Assembly (NCBI GenBank): GCA_013239625.1
Contig: MU054391.1
Coordinates: forward strand, 870,001-934,000
DNA length: 64,000 bases
Source of the DNA: Lama guanicoe
Taxonomy: Eukaryota
Reading direction: 5' to 3'
In this document: positions 39,001-52,676 of the stretch, piece after piece
Numbering within the stretch: position 1 is the first letter of the stretch
Layout of the letters: the number at the start of each line of letters is the position of its first letter
Translations under genes and position numbers: made by a program
Notes under the pieces: generated by a model
Databases searched by the model: none
What the model was told of the DNA's origin: nothing
What the model saw: only the letters and a program-made list of their open reading frames with translations

Positions 39001-41091
39001 CCCCCACAACTGCACCTGCTCTTCCTGGAGGAGGGGGTTGCGTTGCTCGGCTCTCACTAAGAGGAAGTGCCTGTTGCTCTGGAAACACATTTCCATGCCA
39101 AGACTGTGCCCCCGGCGAGCCTGAGGCTTTGTCAGCAGCAGCAGGGCCTCTCTGAGGAGCACGGTGGGTTCACTTCCCTCAACTTGAACTACAGCCGACA
39201 GAGGACGCACCTCTAGGGTCATGCAGCTGCAGACTCGAGTCGCACACGGAGCCCCGAGCGCACTTCACAGCCACGTCCTCACTCCGGGCCCCTGGCCTCG
39301 CCACTCTGCAACGTTCCCGTGGAGCCGTCTTCACAGTCAGGGCAGACCGGCCGCTCTGACGCCTGCACCTGGCTGCTTCTGGTCTCAGAAGCTCTCTCTC
39401 CGTCCCGTCTGTCCCGTCAGCCAAGCAGCGAGCACCTGGCCCGGAGCACAGCATGCCCCCGCCGGGGGTTTGGGCGGAGTCAGTGAGCCACATCTTAAAC
39501 GAGCTTCGGCTCTTGCCAGGCAGATTTTTAAAAAAGGCTTCTGATTCCCTGCCGCTGTTTCCTAGAAAAAAATGCAACAAGGAAACGCCTGGCGGATTCA
39601 CAGGGAGCTGTGAGACAGCTCTTGGCACGAGTCACCTCATGTTCCAGGCTGTCCTCAGGGCTGCTCCCCACAAAGCCCGCAGGGCCTGTCAAAGGGGGCT
39701 CCTGGCGCCCCGCTCCTCCCCGCGCACGTCTGGCGTGCACACCCTCGGCCGGGCTTGGGCACTGTGCTGAGTCGAACTGGAATTCGTGTGAGGACACACC
39801 GGCTCCCTCCTCCCCTAGGGCTCTGCTTTCCCCTCTCCTTCCCACTGTCCTCGCATCACACACGCAAACGCACACACACAGGTGTGCACGTGCAGACACA
39901 CAGGCATGCACGGGTGTGCAAACATGCGTGCACACGCACACTTGAAACCACATATAAGGCACCAACATCAATGTGGAGGGACAGGCAGATGTGGTGGCGA
40001 GTCGTCACCTGGGTCTCCCCGTGACAGCAGGATGGAGCAGGTGGGGCCAGGGAGCTGCTCTGTGGAAGGGTGGGCGCAGAGGGCGTTGGGAGCTGAAGGT
40101 CTCGCGAGTGTCCCCTTACCTCCAGGCTGTCCTGGGACCGCGGCCAGGGAAATAAATAGCATTTGCAGTGGAAGAAAGGTCACCTAACAGCTGAAAGAGC
40201 TCCTTTTTACCACGAAAGGAATCCTGCTGCGTGCGTCTCAGATCCCCAAGGGGAAGTCACTGGAGCAGATGGCCAGGGTGGGGACTGCAGGTGCTCTGAG
40301 CCCTCTGCCCTCAACACCAGGCAAAGCCAGCATCCAGCACATCCACCTTGGGAAGCGCGTGGGGAGGCTGGCGGGCAGTCAGCGTGGGGCTGACGGACCT
40401 GCGCAAAGCTGCGGGCTCCAGGTCTGCCCGTGTAGGACGGAAAAGCCAGGGGCGACCTCTGGACTTGACCCCCCAGCAGCCCTCAGCTCCGCTAACCAAC
40501 CAGATGACCTAACCCCCGCCTAGATGACCTTAACCCCCTGGCCCACCACCTGCTATGCTCTTCACACAAAGTGGCTGAGAACTTGCGTTTCTTTGGAAGG
40601 CCCTTCCGTGTGCCGCCTCCTTGTCCTCTGCCTGCACCATGAACACGTGGGAAGCTGCCTGTGATGCGCTCAGAGGCTGGACCACCAGTCACAGGGCCCA
40701 GGTAACCCAGGCTACCATCTTACAGGTGACCATTTCGTGGGTGACCATGGGCAAGACACCGCCCACCCCTCTGCACACCTCGGGCTCCTACCGCAGGCAG
40801 AAATCATCAGGGCATCGACTTCCAGGCCCTGAGAAACTGACCAGAGGGAACGCACGTGCCAATCCCACAGCACAAGGGCTGTTCGTGCTCACTGAAAGCT
40901 CTTATTCCTGACGTCACCAGTGTTAACGGGCACAAAAGACAGACTGTGCGCTCAGCAAACACAAGGGAAACCTCAAGAGACACCACTTGTTCCCTCCAAT
41001 AAACGCCTTTTCACTTCTTAGAACCCACAGTCCTCATCGAAAGAGAATGGACATCCCTGCTTGGGAAAGGGGTGGGCGGCACGAAGTACTG

Positions 41092-41331
41092 GTCCTGCGG
41101 TCCTGCGGTCCTGCTACCCTGCTGTCCTGCGGTCCTGAGGTCCTGCTACCCTGCTGTCCTGCAGTCCAGCTGTCCTGCGGTCCAGCTGTCCTGCGGTCCT
41201 GCTACCCTGCTGTCCTGCGGTCCAGCTGTCCTGCGGTCCAGCTGTCCTGCGGTCCTGTGGTCCTGCTACCCTGCTGTCCTGCGGTCCTGAGGTCCTGCGG
41301 TCCTGCTGTCCTGCTGCCCTGCAGTCCTGTG
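41092..41331. repeat. 8-bp-unit minisatellite, 30 units (consensus GTCCTGCG/T)
   Basis: Parses without indels into 30 octamers: GTCCTGCG, GTCCTGCT, ACCCTGCT, GTCCAGCT, GTCCTGAG and others. Confidence 0.95.
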
Positions 41332-41819
41332 TGCAGCAGGAGCCGCTGCTTCATGACCCATCTGCTCGTCGGTGAGGGAGGAAGGAGGACGCCACCTCGT
41401 AAGGCTGAGGAGGTGTCGGGTCTAGGTAACGAGCATCCCTGACTGGAAAGGTTGATGGGTGACTTTCTAACAGATGGGGTGGCTGGTGACTCTGACCAAC
41501 AGCACCATGACTGAGGGGAGAGCAGACCTCTGTGCGTCCCCTGCATTGTGATGACGTAGGAAGACACAGGTCACCTCTGAATCGGTGAGGCCTCTGATCC
41601 AATTGCCAGTTTGCAGGAAACTCAGGGGCCGGAGGAACACGGTAGGTGACACCCCAGGGGGAAAACCAGCCAAGTCCAGACTGTGGGACCCTTTAGAGCA
41701 CGAGGGACCCCGCTTCAGCGCCAGCGGGCACAAGAGGCAGGGGTGAAGGCGGAGGCGGGAGGGAACCGATGTAGGTCCGGGAGAGGGTCAAGTCCCGTCA
41801 GCAGGGAGCCCTGCAGATG

Positions 41820-42000
41820 CTGTTTGGATTCTGATCCAAACAAACTATGAAAATAAATCTGTGCAACAGTCTGGGGACTCTGAGCCGGGCCTGGATGTCT
41901 GGTGATAATTAAAGGGTTGATGGGTGGCTATGGTTTCACAGAAGAGAAACTTCCTATGTTAGGAATTCATGCTGGAGTATCTTTGATAAAATTTCACACT
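41820..42000 (+). mobile_element. Old LINE-1 (L1MC/L1ME-type) 3' UTR remnant
   Basis: tgtttggattctgatccaaacaaactatgaaaa...gtgataattaaagg...ttaggaattcatgctggagtat resembles ancient L1 3' UTRs. Confidence 0.45.
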
Positions 42001-44939
42001 GACTCGGATTTGCTTCAAAGTAACCCATGTTTGGGGAAGCGAGCCCGAGTGCGCATGCACACGAGGCAGCCTGGCCAGCCGCGAAGGTCACAGTGCACGA
42101 TCCGGGCCCACAGCCGCTTCTGAGCGCGTCTGCGGGAAAGAGCAGTGACACTGGAACCTGAGTCCACGTCCCTCCCCGGGAGGCAGACCCGGGGCCCCAC
42201 TGTGCCCACGACGTTTACGGGGCAGAACAGAGCAAGGTGAGGGGAGCTGGTGGGACGCGGGTGTAGGCACGGGTGGCCCACGGTCCCCACGGCCCCGCTG
42301 ATGCACCTGGGAGGGAGGGCACAGGGCTGCATTCCCCACCGAGGGCTGTACTTGCCAGCTTCCCTCCGGCAGGGCTGGGACCTGAAATCCGATCTCCGAG
42401 TAATGGGAGGCTTCACCTGGCCCCCCTCATCCTGCACGTCTCAAGGCGCCGCTCCTTCCAGAGGACCCTGCGTTCCAGACGGCAGAGGCACCAAGTGGAG
42501 GGGCCGCCCAGCCTGCATCAGGGCTGTGAGGTGACCAAGAAGAAAACTTCTGCGTGCTGAGCATCCTGGGTTTATTTCCGAGTTCACTTGTTAAACAGCC
42601 CAGCGCATCCTGCCTGACGCAGGCGACGGGGCCCCGCACAGACACCCGGAGCCTCCTGTGGCCTCGGGCTGTGCTGCGAGCTTCCACTCGATGGGCGCTC
42701 GGGGTGACCTGGTTTGCTGGCGCTCTGGAGGCGGGGCCTCGTGAGCACCCCCGCTCTGAGGCAGTCGGCGGCCTGCCCGGGTGCCCCATTTATTTCCGTT
42801 TTCCGTAAAAGCAGATCATTAGTTGAAAGCGTCTGACAAAGCATTTTGAAGATTTATAACTGAAATGGAACTTGTTTTTCTGCTTGTGGTCGTGAAAAGT
42901 AAAACACCAAACACCACCAACAAACCAACCGACTCTCGTCCTGGGCGGCCGTCCTCGGGCGCAACCTGCCAAGGGATCAGCCGAAAAGCGCGACAAAGAA
43001 GGTGTGGCCGGGCGTGCACTTCCCGGTGCGTGTGGGGGAGAAAGGCCCGGTTGCTCGTCTTGTTCACTGAGAGGCGTGAACTCCCCCTCACGGATTCTCA
43101 CAGGCGGGCCAGCATTTAACGGAGCAAAGATGACCTCAGTGCGATCTCTGCAGCAATGCACATACTCTTATAATCTAAAGATACATGTGCACACTCTTTG
43201 TAAACACAGCTTCCTTCTGGGTGCGGACAGAGGAGAGCGAACACAACTTAGCTGTCCTGGTAAGCGTGGTCAGCTGGGGCCATCGTTTCACCTTATCGTC
43301 ATGGCGCAGTGACACCGACTGAGTCTGGAGGCTGGGCAGGTGGACGGTTCTGTTTGTTTTAATTCTTACAGAATTAGGTTCGAATTTTGCTCTTTTCTCG
43401 TCCTCCCCCCGCTTTCATTCCTTCCTTCCAGAGGTTTGCTCTTTAGACCCTGGAACAGACGCCTCTCCAGGCTGGCACAGGCCCTTCCACACCCTGCCTG
43501 GCTGCAGCTGGCCGGGGCCCCACGGAGCCGAGCACCCGGCCATCGTGGCATCGGCGCAGGGCCGGGCTCCCCGAGACCCCTGCCCCTGACTCTGGGGTGA
43601 CCGAGTTCTTCTTCTGCGTTATCTCCTCTTCTGTAATGGGCACCCAGCATAGCGGCTCTAGGGAGAAGAGCTCAGTGACAAACAGTCCCTTCTGTTTTCT
43701 GCTTGAGGATGAATTGAAAGAAAGACGGTGTTTACAAAATCTGACATTTTGCTTAGTGATTTCGGAGCATGTGAAAGAAAGAGATAAGCTGTTTACAGAT
43801 GATGGATGAAATTCTCAGGAGCGCATACACCCTGTTTCTCAGAAGGAGGGATTTCCTACATTCACAATCACACTCCCACGTACACACGTTTCATACTGAG
43901 TGTCTTGGGAGAAAGTCTATTTTAATTAATCCGATGCAAGCAAGCCACTGCAGTGTGAGAGGCTGGAAGGTGCCCTGAAGTCAGAGTTCATTTGCAGCTC
44001 CGTCATGAATAAACGCTTTGGCCTCAGAAAAGTCTTTCCACGAGGAGGGGAGTTTCCTCCTCCTCTGTAAACGAAAGGGCCGTCACTGCTCATCGGGTGA
44101 TGCCAGGACGCCTCTGATGGAGGGGAGCCAGCTATCCCGGGTGCTGGGAGCGGGGCTCAGGAAACTGCACCCAGGAGACAGTTGATCTTCACCTAAATGG
44201 GGAAGGAGTTGTGACTCCTACTCTCAATCTGTAACATGTATAAGGATGTTTCAGAAATGAACGTTTAGGAAATAAATACTTGAGAAAAAGAGATGCAGGA
44301 AGGTTGCCTTGCGCCTTCCTGGACCACACTGTCCACGCCGCCTACTACCGGCGGGCACACGAATCTCACACACACACACGCACGCACAGGCATATGTGAT
44401 ACACACCCCACACTGCTCTCACACACACGCCACACGCTCACACGTCCTTCTGAACCTTTGGAAAGTACGTTGTAGGTACCACCGCTCCTCACACCTAAAT
44501 AAACCCTTCAGCGTTCATCTCCTAAGGGAGAAAAAATTCTGCATAATCGAAGTGTGATTTTAACAAAAAAGGAACTTCCTACTGCTTCCATCATGTCAGG
44601 AAACAGGCCATGTTCACGTCTCCCCCACTGGTACATAACATCTTCTTTGTACTCTTTTGCTGTGTTAAAAAAAAACATGACTAAGACATAAAACCACTCT
44701 CCTTCCGGATTCTGAAGGATTTCTGTAGCGTTTGACCACTGCCATTTCTTCCCACTGTTTGTCACCGACCGGCATTTCCTGACTGTTACTGGAGAAAACA
44801 CATTCTTTTAATTATTTTGAAAAGTCGTTCTTAAAACGATAACTACTACGGAGGAAGTGGATGAACAGTGCTGCGGCTTCTGGTTTCAGACTTTGTAAGA
44901 CAAATTTTAAACTAGGAGATCTTGGAAAGAAGAGCACAT

Positions 44940-45430
44940 GTCGCTCACGAGACACGCGGGGAGCCCGGAAGCTGCTCGGGGGTGACCGCGCGGGGGGACG
45001 CTGATGGGACAGTGCCGCGCCGCCTCCTCGCCCGCCTCCTCCCGCCCGACCGCTTCCTTCCTTCGAGCCTTGGCGTCCCTCCTCCTCTCCCGTCCCTCCT
45101 TCCCTTCCTTCCTTTACATTCGCCTGGTGCAAAAATAAGTAAAACTGAATAAAGCGCGAATAAACGCACCGAGAGCTCCCGCCTGTCCCCGCCTGCTCTG
45201 CACGGTGACGACACGCAGACAACTGTCAGCCCCGCCCTCCCTTCCAGAAGCTTTCATGCAAATACAGGCAAGCACAGGTGTGGGTCCTGCTTCTGCTTCC
45301 CTTGTGTATCTTGCTTTTTCCTTCAACAAAGTGTCCTTGAAAGCTCCTGACGCCGGTGCCCAGGGAGCGGAGCGGCCGCGCTCCGCCCACAGCTGCGCGG
45401 GGAGCAGCGGCGCCGCGCGGATGTGAGCCA
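44940..45430. promoter_or_regulatory. CpG island / candidate promoter
   Basis: CpG-dense blocks at 44940-45075 and 45350-45430. GC-box at 45230-45237, octamer ATGCAAAT at 45256-45263, and a minus-strand donor-like CTC|GTGAGC after 44949. Confidence 0.6.
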
Positions 45431-47231
45431 GGTCGCCTCCGCCTTTGCTGGCGGGGTGGGCAAGTCCTGGTTCCTCATGAATCACAGTCGTAGCCATGAT
45501 GTAGAGACCGAGCCGTGCCCCAGACACCCAGCTCCGTGTGTCACACGTGTTGTTTTAAGTGCTTCGCGACCACTCTTCCCAGCTGGTTGGGTGACAAAGT
45601 CTGTCTCACCTGGGTTTGACCCCATCCATCCTTCCTGCCTCCACACCGCCCGCTCCTCCCTCCCTGAGACCGTCAGCCTCGGCTGGACCATCCGGGGAGG
45701 CTGCCCTTCAACCGTCCTATGAAGGAAGGGGCAGCTCGGGTCTCCCTTGTTTAAACTCACCCCGTTTCCTCCCCATCTACAGCACTTACTCTGAACGTGC
45801 TGTGCCTGGCGTCCCCTCCTGCTCCCACCCTCACGCTGCGGGGTCTTTCCAGATGCTAGTGCCACGTCTGAAATACCCACATCTGTCTGAAAAACGTGGA
45901 GGTGCCCACGGAGGGCGGCCTGGCGGTGACTACCCAGGACTCCCGCCGCCTTCCCCAGGAACGCTCAGACTCCCCCACGCTTAGGGTGCGTGGCACCCGA
46001 TCGCCTTACCCACACCCCTTTTCTAGCCCTTTTCAGTGCATGGGTTTTGGGGGTATACATGCCTCCTCCCCGTTAAATGGTTAAATGTGAACTGGTCTGT
46101 GGCACAATTCTCTAATTCCATTTTTGTGTGTGTGTGTGTATCTACGATGTCTGGTGGGTAGCAGCTGATTCAAAAAAATGCTCCAGAAATGCACATGGTT
46201 ATACCTTTAAGTGTATAGATGAGGTTTGCAGCAATTTACTTAATAACTTGTTTTTTTTTTAATAGGCATTTGTTTCCTTTAAATGTAGGTTAAAAATCCT
46301 CCCTTCATGGTACCTGTAAGAAACATAGCCTCAGAGACCCTCAAGAAAACAGCCTCCAATCAGTGGGGTTAGTGTTTGCGGATTTATGACACCCACACTT
46401 TGCAGGAGGGGTGGGGCCACGAGTAAAGATGGACGTTTGAGAAGGCGCCACGGAAGTGGGGTGTCTGAGGGGAAAGGCCGGTGGGTGGAGGGGTGAGTGC
46501 GTCTCACTGCACGTGATACAGTGACACACATGCCAGGAAATCGAGTGGAAGCAGTGGCATAAAGTGAAAAGTAAACACTCCTGCCACCTTTGGCAGAAAA
46601 AATACATGCACACCTTTGTTACATAGATGTCGAGACACAAGGAAAAAGAAAGTTCTGTCCCTCCCTTTCACCCTCAGTCACGTTCCGCAGAGGTCACTGT
46701 GAATCGGCTCTACGTCACAGACCTTCACTTGGCACGAAGGTGCGTTCATTCACGGATGAGACCAACAGCTGCATCCTGGTGCGCGCCGCCTGGCTGCGCT
46801 GAGGACTGGGAGCACGAGCAGGACAGCACCCCTGTCCTCGGGAGCCCCCGTCCTCTGGATGCCAAGCGGACACCAAAGAGCGTTGGGTAGAAGACGCCGA
46901 GGTGGAGAGGGAGGACCCTGAACAGGTGCCACTTCTAAGCCAGGAGTGGCGTGTCTGGACTGCTCATGGACGCACTGCCTACCAGCTCCTCTCCCTTTCC
47001 AAGAGCTGCGTCTTCCAAGAAACAGGGAGGGAGATTCGCCTTCACCCTTTCTCACGCTATTCCCGTGGCCCAGGAACGGGGCATCGCCTGGCCCTGCTGT
47101 TCCTCGGGGAGCTGCAGTCTGGAAGGGAATCAGATGCGTCTGTCTGAGACTTACGGGCAGCCCACTGCCCGTCTCAGATGCAGCACAGCTGCGTAAACGC
47201 TAAAATAGCTTCTGTGTTTCAATGACCGAAT

Positions 47232-47395
47232 TTAGTGCTTTGCACGTTCTGTATCTCACTTAATCCTTACAGCACTTCTGTTAAGAACTTACTATGCCCG
47301 TTTAACTGATGGGGAAACCGAGGCTCAGAGCCCAGGAGTTAAACAACTTCTCTAAAGTCACGCAGATCCTGCGGCAGAATTGGGATCTGCTCCCT
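47232..47395 (-). mobile_element. MIR
   Basis: atctcacttaatccttacagc...cccgtttaactgatggggaaaccgaggctcagag...ttaaacaacttctctaaagtcacgcag is the reverse-complement MIR core. Confidence 0.85.
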
Positions 47396-50300
47396 GCCTG
47401 GAAGCCTGCCAGTTGCTCCTCAGACACGGACATGGCGTCAAGCCGCTGTGGGCCCAGCTGGGCACTCTTCTCTAAACACTTAGGGTGTCATGCAGGCTGC
47501 GCTTCCTCAGCCCGCTTTCTCCCATTCAGATCTGCTCTGAAATAACTTGCTGTCAAAATGCGGCTTTAAAGGTACACATATCCTAAAAAAAAAATAATTT
47601 CCGTGGAAAGTATCAGGCAATGTTCTGCATTTTAACTAAGTGAGTTACACTACTAATTCACATCCCAAATAAGGCAGAAAGGTTGAGACGTTCACAAACT
47701 AGCCTTTTAGAAAAGAATCTACAGTGTGTTCCAGGATTAACCCCTTTATCCAAAGCTTCCGCTGCAATTCAAAGTCATCCTTCTGTACTCAGCGTCTTAA
47801 TCCCTATGTTCCACATTATGTGTACATGCATTTTGGAGTTGCAGAGTATTTGGAGAAACAGACTGAATGGATCACATTTTACTGAAGTCCGCGGTGTCGC
47901 CCGCACCGAAGCCCCGCCCCTACCCCGGGGCCCTGGTGACCAGCGTCCGCATCGCTGACTGGAGTCCGCGTCCCTGGAAGAGCTCCCCCTCGGCACTGGG
48001 GCTTGGCACATGCTACTCCGTGTGTGGACACGAGGAGTGACACCTCTGGGTGTTGGTTTTAATCTGATTTTATTCTGACACCACTTTCAGGATGATTGCA
48101 GGATATTTCTTGGCAAGCAGGTTGGTAAAGGCAGAGTCATTAAGAAAATTTGCTATTTGCTCCTGTTTAGACCTCACGAGTTCCGTGGGCCCGCCCTGCC
48201 TTCGCAGGTGTCTTGGCCGCCATGGCTCCTGGCTGGGCCCCATCCCGGCTGCTCAGCGCCCGCACTGGCCAAGCGCCAGCCAGGCTGGGAGCGACTTCCT
48301 GGGGCCATAATTGTAGAACCCACTGGGCGAGTTTGCAAGTAACAGTTTGAGGAAAGAGTGAGAGTTTTATTCTATTTTCCAAAAACGATGGGGGCTATTT
48401 AGGACGCTTCATTTAGATGTCCACCGCTGACTGGCAAACTGCCACCTGAGGGCCAGACCCCGTGCTGCGACCTCGCGGGTGAAGTCTTCCTGGAACACGG
48501 TCACGTGCACTCGTCCACAGGGAGTCCCGGCTGCTTTCCCGGGGAGGCCTCAGGGAGACCAAGACACTTACTGCCCGGACCCCTGCAAGGAGATGCGGGC
48601 CCACCGGGTCTCAGCGATCTGACCCTCACACAGTCTCTCACAGGTGACCACGTGAAGGCCTGGCCTTCATCCCGGGAGCTAGGGTTGTGGCACTGGAGAC
48701 TCCCCACGTCAAGGCGCTAAGCCCTTTGCTTTAATCTGCTGTTCTGTTTCCTCTCCCAGGACCAAAGTGTTCACGACATGCTTACAGCAGATATGTACTG
48801 ATTATCCCCTGAGGGCCAAGCACGGGTGTTGGAAGGACAGGAGAATGGGTAAAGACACCCAGAAGTCGGGTGCGAGCTGCGCTCCCTGCCCCTGGTGCCA
48901 CAGCGCCGTCCGTCACCAGAGCCCGCGGCGGGGGGGCGGCAGGTGCGCGGTGACCATGGGGTGAGACCATCGCAGGTGTGGTTGGGCTCTTGTGTTGTAA
49001 CTATTACCCGATCAACCTGGAGGCCCTCAGCTCATCTTCCCCCCAGAAGAGCCTACCGTCCCCAGGGCTGTGACAGACACACGGTGGGAGGACCGGCGGG
49101 CTGCGGCACCAGATGCGGGCCTGCTGGCACCTTGGAATGTTTTTCATCTATTCTGAATAAGTCCAACCGCCCGCCTTGAGAATACACATCTCTCGAAATC
49201 AAATGCTCTGCCTCAAGTGAGACGCCTGCTCAAGGCCAGGTTTGTCAGGCGTGAACGTGGCTTTTCCTTTGGACACTGGCTCACACACGTAGGAACGTGT
49301 GTGTGTTGAACTCCGACGAGAGCTGCATTCAGACGCTGCGCGGGACACCGCGTGACCAGCCACCACTCAGACATGGGGCACGTAACCCGCGCCAGACATG
49401 TCAGTTCAGACCCACAGAACACAACCCATTTATGACTAAAACTCAGCGAGGCTGGACGAAGCGACCGCCTGCACGTGAGGAAACAGCCACGTGTCAGAAA
49501 CTTTAACTACTTTAAAGTCAGCTGCCGGCTGAGCACTCAGCATGCAGTTTTTTTTTTCTTTTTCCCCAAGCTCCAGGGAAATGACAAACATAATGGCTTC
49601 CCCAACCCCAACCAAGGAGGAGAAGTCTTTGAAAAGTGTCGGGATCCAGACAAGAGAATGACTGGAGCAGGTGTGACCCGCTGGGCCGGCTCCTAAAGCT
49701 CCCAAAGCCTGCAGCGCACACGGCGCGGCTCGCGGCAGAGGCCGAACCCTAGCTCCCACCCACGTGACGGCGAGCAACTCTGCCATCACGCGGGCAAGCA
49801 GGGCAGCTGGCAGACAGAGAAATGACTGTGGCACAGTGAACCTGGAAAGGCCTCCTCGCGTGGCGTCCTAAGCAGGTACCGGTGCCCCAGAGCCTTCCTG
49901 TTTCCCCCCAGCGAGCAGCCTGTGCCGGGTGGACCCTGCAGGTGGGTCTGGAGAAGACACCACCGGAGCTTCTGGTCCGTGTCCTGCCCACGGTCAGAGG
50001 CTGAGCTTTGCGGAGGTGGGAACTGAGTCACAGGACGGCCAAGCGGATGCCAGCCTGTGAGAGTCCCTAAAAACTGTGCTGCCTGGGCGGCGATCATCTG
50101 GTCTTTGCCGACCTCCCCCCAGCTCTCCGAGGCATAATTAGTGACCCTCTCTGACCAGCTACTTCTGCAGCCGGTGTGGGGTTGGGGGCAACAATTCCAC
50201 CTTTCCATCCAAGGTCCCAGTGTCCCACACTCCGCACCAGCGATCCCAGCACCCCTCACGGCGCCCAGAAGGCTGCAGGCTGGTCCCGCACTACACAGCT

Positions 50301-51269
50301 TGAGTAGCAGGAACAATGAGCATCACCTAACTTAACTGAAAATGGCTCTTTTTAGCATAAGCTGTCTGTCTGGAGGGGACGCAGCACAGGGTGCTGACTG
50401 CCTCCCGGAGGTCTGGAAGCAGCGGGAGGCCGAGATGGGAGGGCGTGCCAGCGGACGGTGGGGGCTTGGGGCGAGAGGACCCTTGTCCTCAGCCCCCAGG
50501 GAGCGGACGGCAGGTACCTGAAATCAGTCGCCCGGGGTTGCTCTTTGGAGCCGACTTTCTCCCTCAGTCGGTCAGCGTTCCGAGATGCCCACTGGACGTG
50601 GCTTCACCATTTTCTGAAGGACAAGAAGATAACACAGCACGTAAGTACCTGGGTGGGGGAGGACAGGAACCCGCTTCTCTGTGAGCTTACACTTCCAGCG
50701 GGGACTTAGCTGTACAAACAGGCAACTCCTCCCCAAGGAATGTGTACATGGTTTTACTCAGAAACACGGATAGGAAGGGTCAGAACGGACAAGTAGAATG
50801 TGCTTTTACATGTTTGGTTAAGTTACTTTGAAATCCAAGATATCTAACAAGTTTAAATACATGTCTAGGTTTGAAGGTAAAACGAAGTGCACTTAATATT
50901 TATATTAATCAACTGCCACCAATTTGTAAGATCACTGCCTTCTTTAACACTTTGATGCAATTATGAAACAACTTGGTAAGTCTGGAATACTTTAGATGTG
51001 TAACTATTTCCTAGAAATAACGTGATTTCATTCATAACAAAATACGTCTGTTGATGACAAGGGTGTTTCTAAATGCCAGCTCACTTCTATTTTAGGAGAA
51101 CAACGAGAGACAATTTCTATATTAATGTCAATTTGGAATTTATCAGCGTTCTATCAAGGCTTCTGCACGATTGTCTCATTATTAGGAACTACTGACTAAA
51201 AGAACCAAGGTTATTTCAGAATAATCCTACTGTCAAGGAGAGAATGTATTTTGTTCAAGAAAAAAATGC

Positions 51270-51632
51270 TGGGTTGGTTTTTTTTTCTTAAGTCGTATGA
51301 GCTGCTTATATATTCTGGAGATCAAGCCTTTGTCGGTTTCATTTGCAAATATTTTCTCCCATTCTGTAGGTTGTTTTTTTGTTTTACTTATGGTTTCCTT
51401 TGCTGTGCACAAGCTTGTAAGTTTAATTAGGTCCATTTGTTTATTCTTGTTTTTATTTCTATTGCTTGGGTAGACTGCCCTAGGAGAACACCGCTGAGAT
51501 GTATGTGAGATAATGTTTTGCCTAAGTTTTCTTCTAGAAGGTTTATTGTATCTTGTCTTATGTTTAAGTCTTTGATCCATTTTGAGTTTATTTTTGTGTA
51601 TGGTGTAAGGGAGTGTTCTAGCTCCACTGATT
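51270..51632 (-). mobile_element. Inverted 5' segment of a young LINE-1 insertion (ORF2 fragment)
   Basis: Minus-strand peptides [37 protein letters not shown] and [45 protein letters not shown] are L1 ORF2p. Confidence 0.95.
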
Positions 51633-52580
51633 TGGGCAGAAGACCTAAACAAGCAATTCTCCAAGGAAGACATACAAATGATCAATAGGAACATGAAAAA
51701 ATGTTTAGTAGCACTCATTATCAGAGAAAAGCAAATCAAAACTATGATGAGGTATCACCTCACACTAGTCAGAATGGCCGTCATTCAAAAGTCAACAAAT
51801 GACAAATGCTGGAGAGGCTGTGGAGAAAGGGGAACCCTCCTCCACTGCTGGTGGGAATGCAGTTTGGTGCAGCCACTATGGAAAACAGTGTGGAGATTCC
51901 TCAAAAGACTAGGAATAGACTTACCATATGACCCAGGAATCCCGCTCCTGGGCTTGTATCCAGAAGGAACCCTACTTCAAAATGACATCTGCACCCCAAT
52001 GTTCATAGCAGCACTATGTACAGTAGCCAAGACATGGAAACAGCCTAAATGTCCGTCAACGGATGACTGGATAAAGAAGAGGTGGTATATTTATACAATG
52101 GAATACTACTCAGCCATAAAAACCGACAACATAACACCATTTGCAGCAACATGGATGCTCCTGGAGAATGTCATTCTAAGTGAAGTAAGCCAGAAAGAGA
52201 AATAAAAATACCATATGAGGTCGTACAAATGTGGAATATAAAAAAAAAAAGAAAGAAAAAGACAAATGAACATAAATACAAAACAGAAACAGACTCATAG
52301 ACATAGAATACAAACTTGTGGTTGCCAAGGGGGATGTGGGGTGGGAAGGGACAGATTGGGAGTTCAAAATTTGTAGATACTGACAGGCATAAGTAGAATA
52401 GATAAACAAGACTATACTGTACAGCACAGGGAAATATATACAAGATCTTGTGGTCGCTCACAGTGAAAAAGAATGTAACAATGAATATATGTATGTTCAT
52501 GTAAAACTGAAAAATTGTGCTCTACACTGGAAATTGACACAACATTGTAAACTGACTGTAACTCAATAAAATAAAATTAT
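51633..52580 (+). mobile_element. Sense 3' segment of the same LINE-1 (ORF2 C-terminus, 3' UTR, polyA signal)
   Basis: ORF 51678-52205 contains the ORF2p cysteine-rich motif [18 protein letters not shown]. It stops early at SQKEK* compared with SQKEKEKYH in the 16.2-kb copy. AATAAA at 52565-52570. Confidence 0.97.
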
Positions 52581-52676
52581 AAATAAATAAATAAGCCCAA
52601 TTACCCCCCAAAGGAAAAAAATTGATCATACACAAATACATAAATAAATACAGGATGAAAATCTTGGGGAAAGAAA
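52581..52676 (+). mobile_element. Headless SINE 3' tail joined to the L1 tail
   Basis: aaataaataaataagcccaattacccccc matches the tails of the SINEs at about 19311-19340 and 59746-59775; no tRNA-like head is present. Confidence 0.7.

Noticed and set aside
40987..41442. Cys-rich keratin-associated or metallothionein-like protein
   Set aside because: The peptide periodicity comes from an 8-bp repeat, which is not a multiple of 3, and the same motifs appear in every frame
48760..48848. Plus-strand exon with a strong polypyrimidine acceptor
   Set aside because: The body (cagcagatatgtactgattatcccctgagggccaagcac) resembles a decayed reverse L2 terminus, and no partner exons or homology were recognised
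50568..50640. Plus-strand exon candidate ending CAC|GTAAGT
   Set aside because: Splice-like signals are present, but there is no recognisable peptide and no consistent plus-strand gene structure
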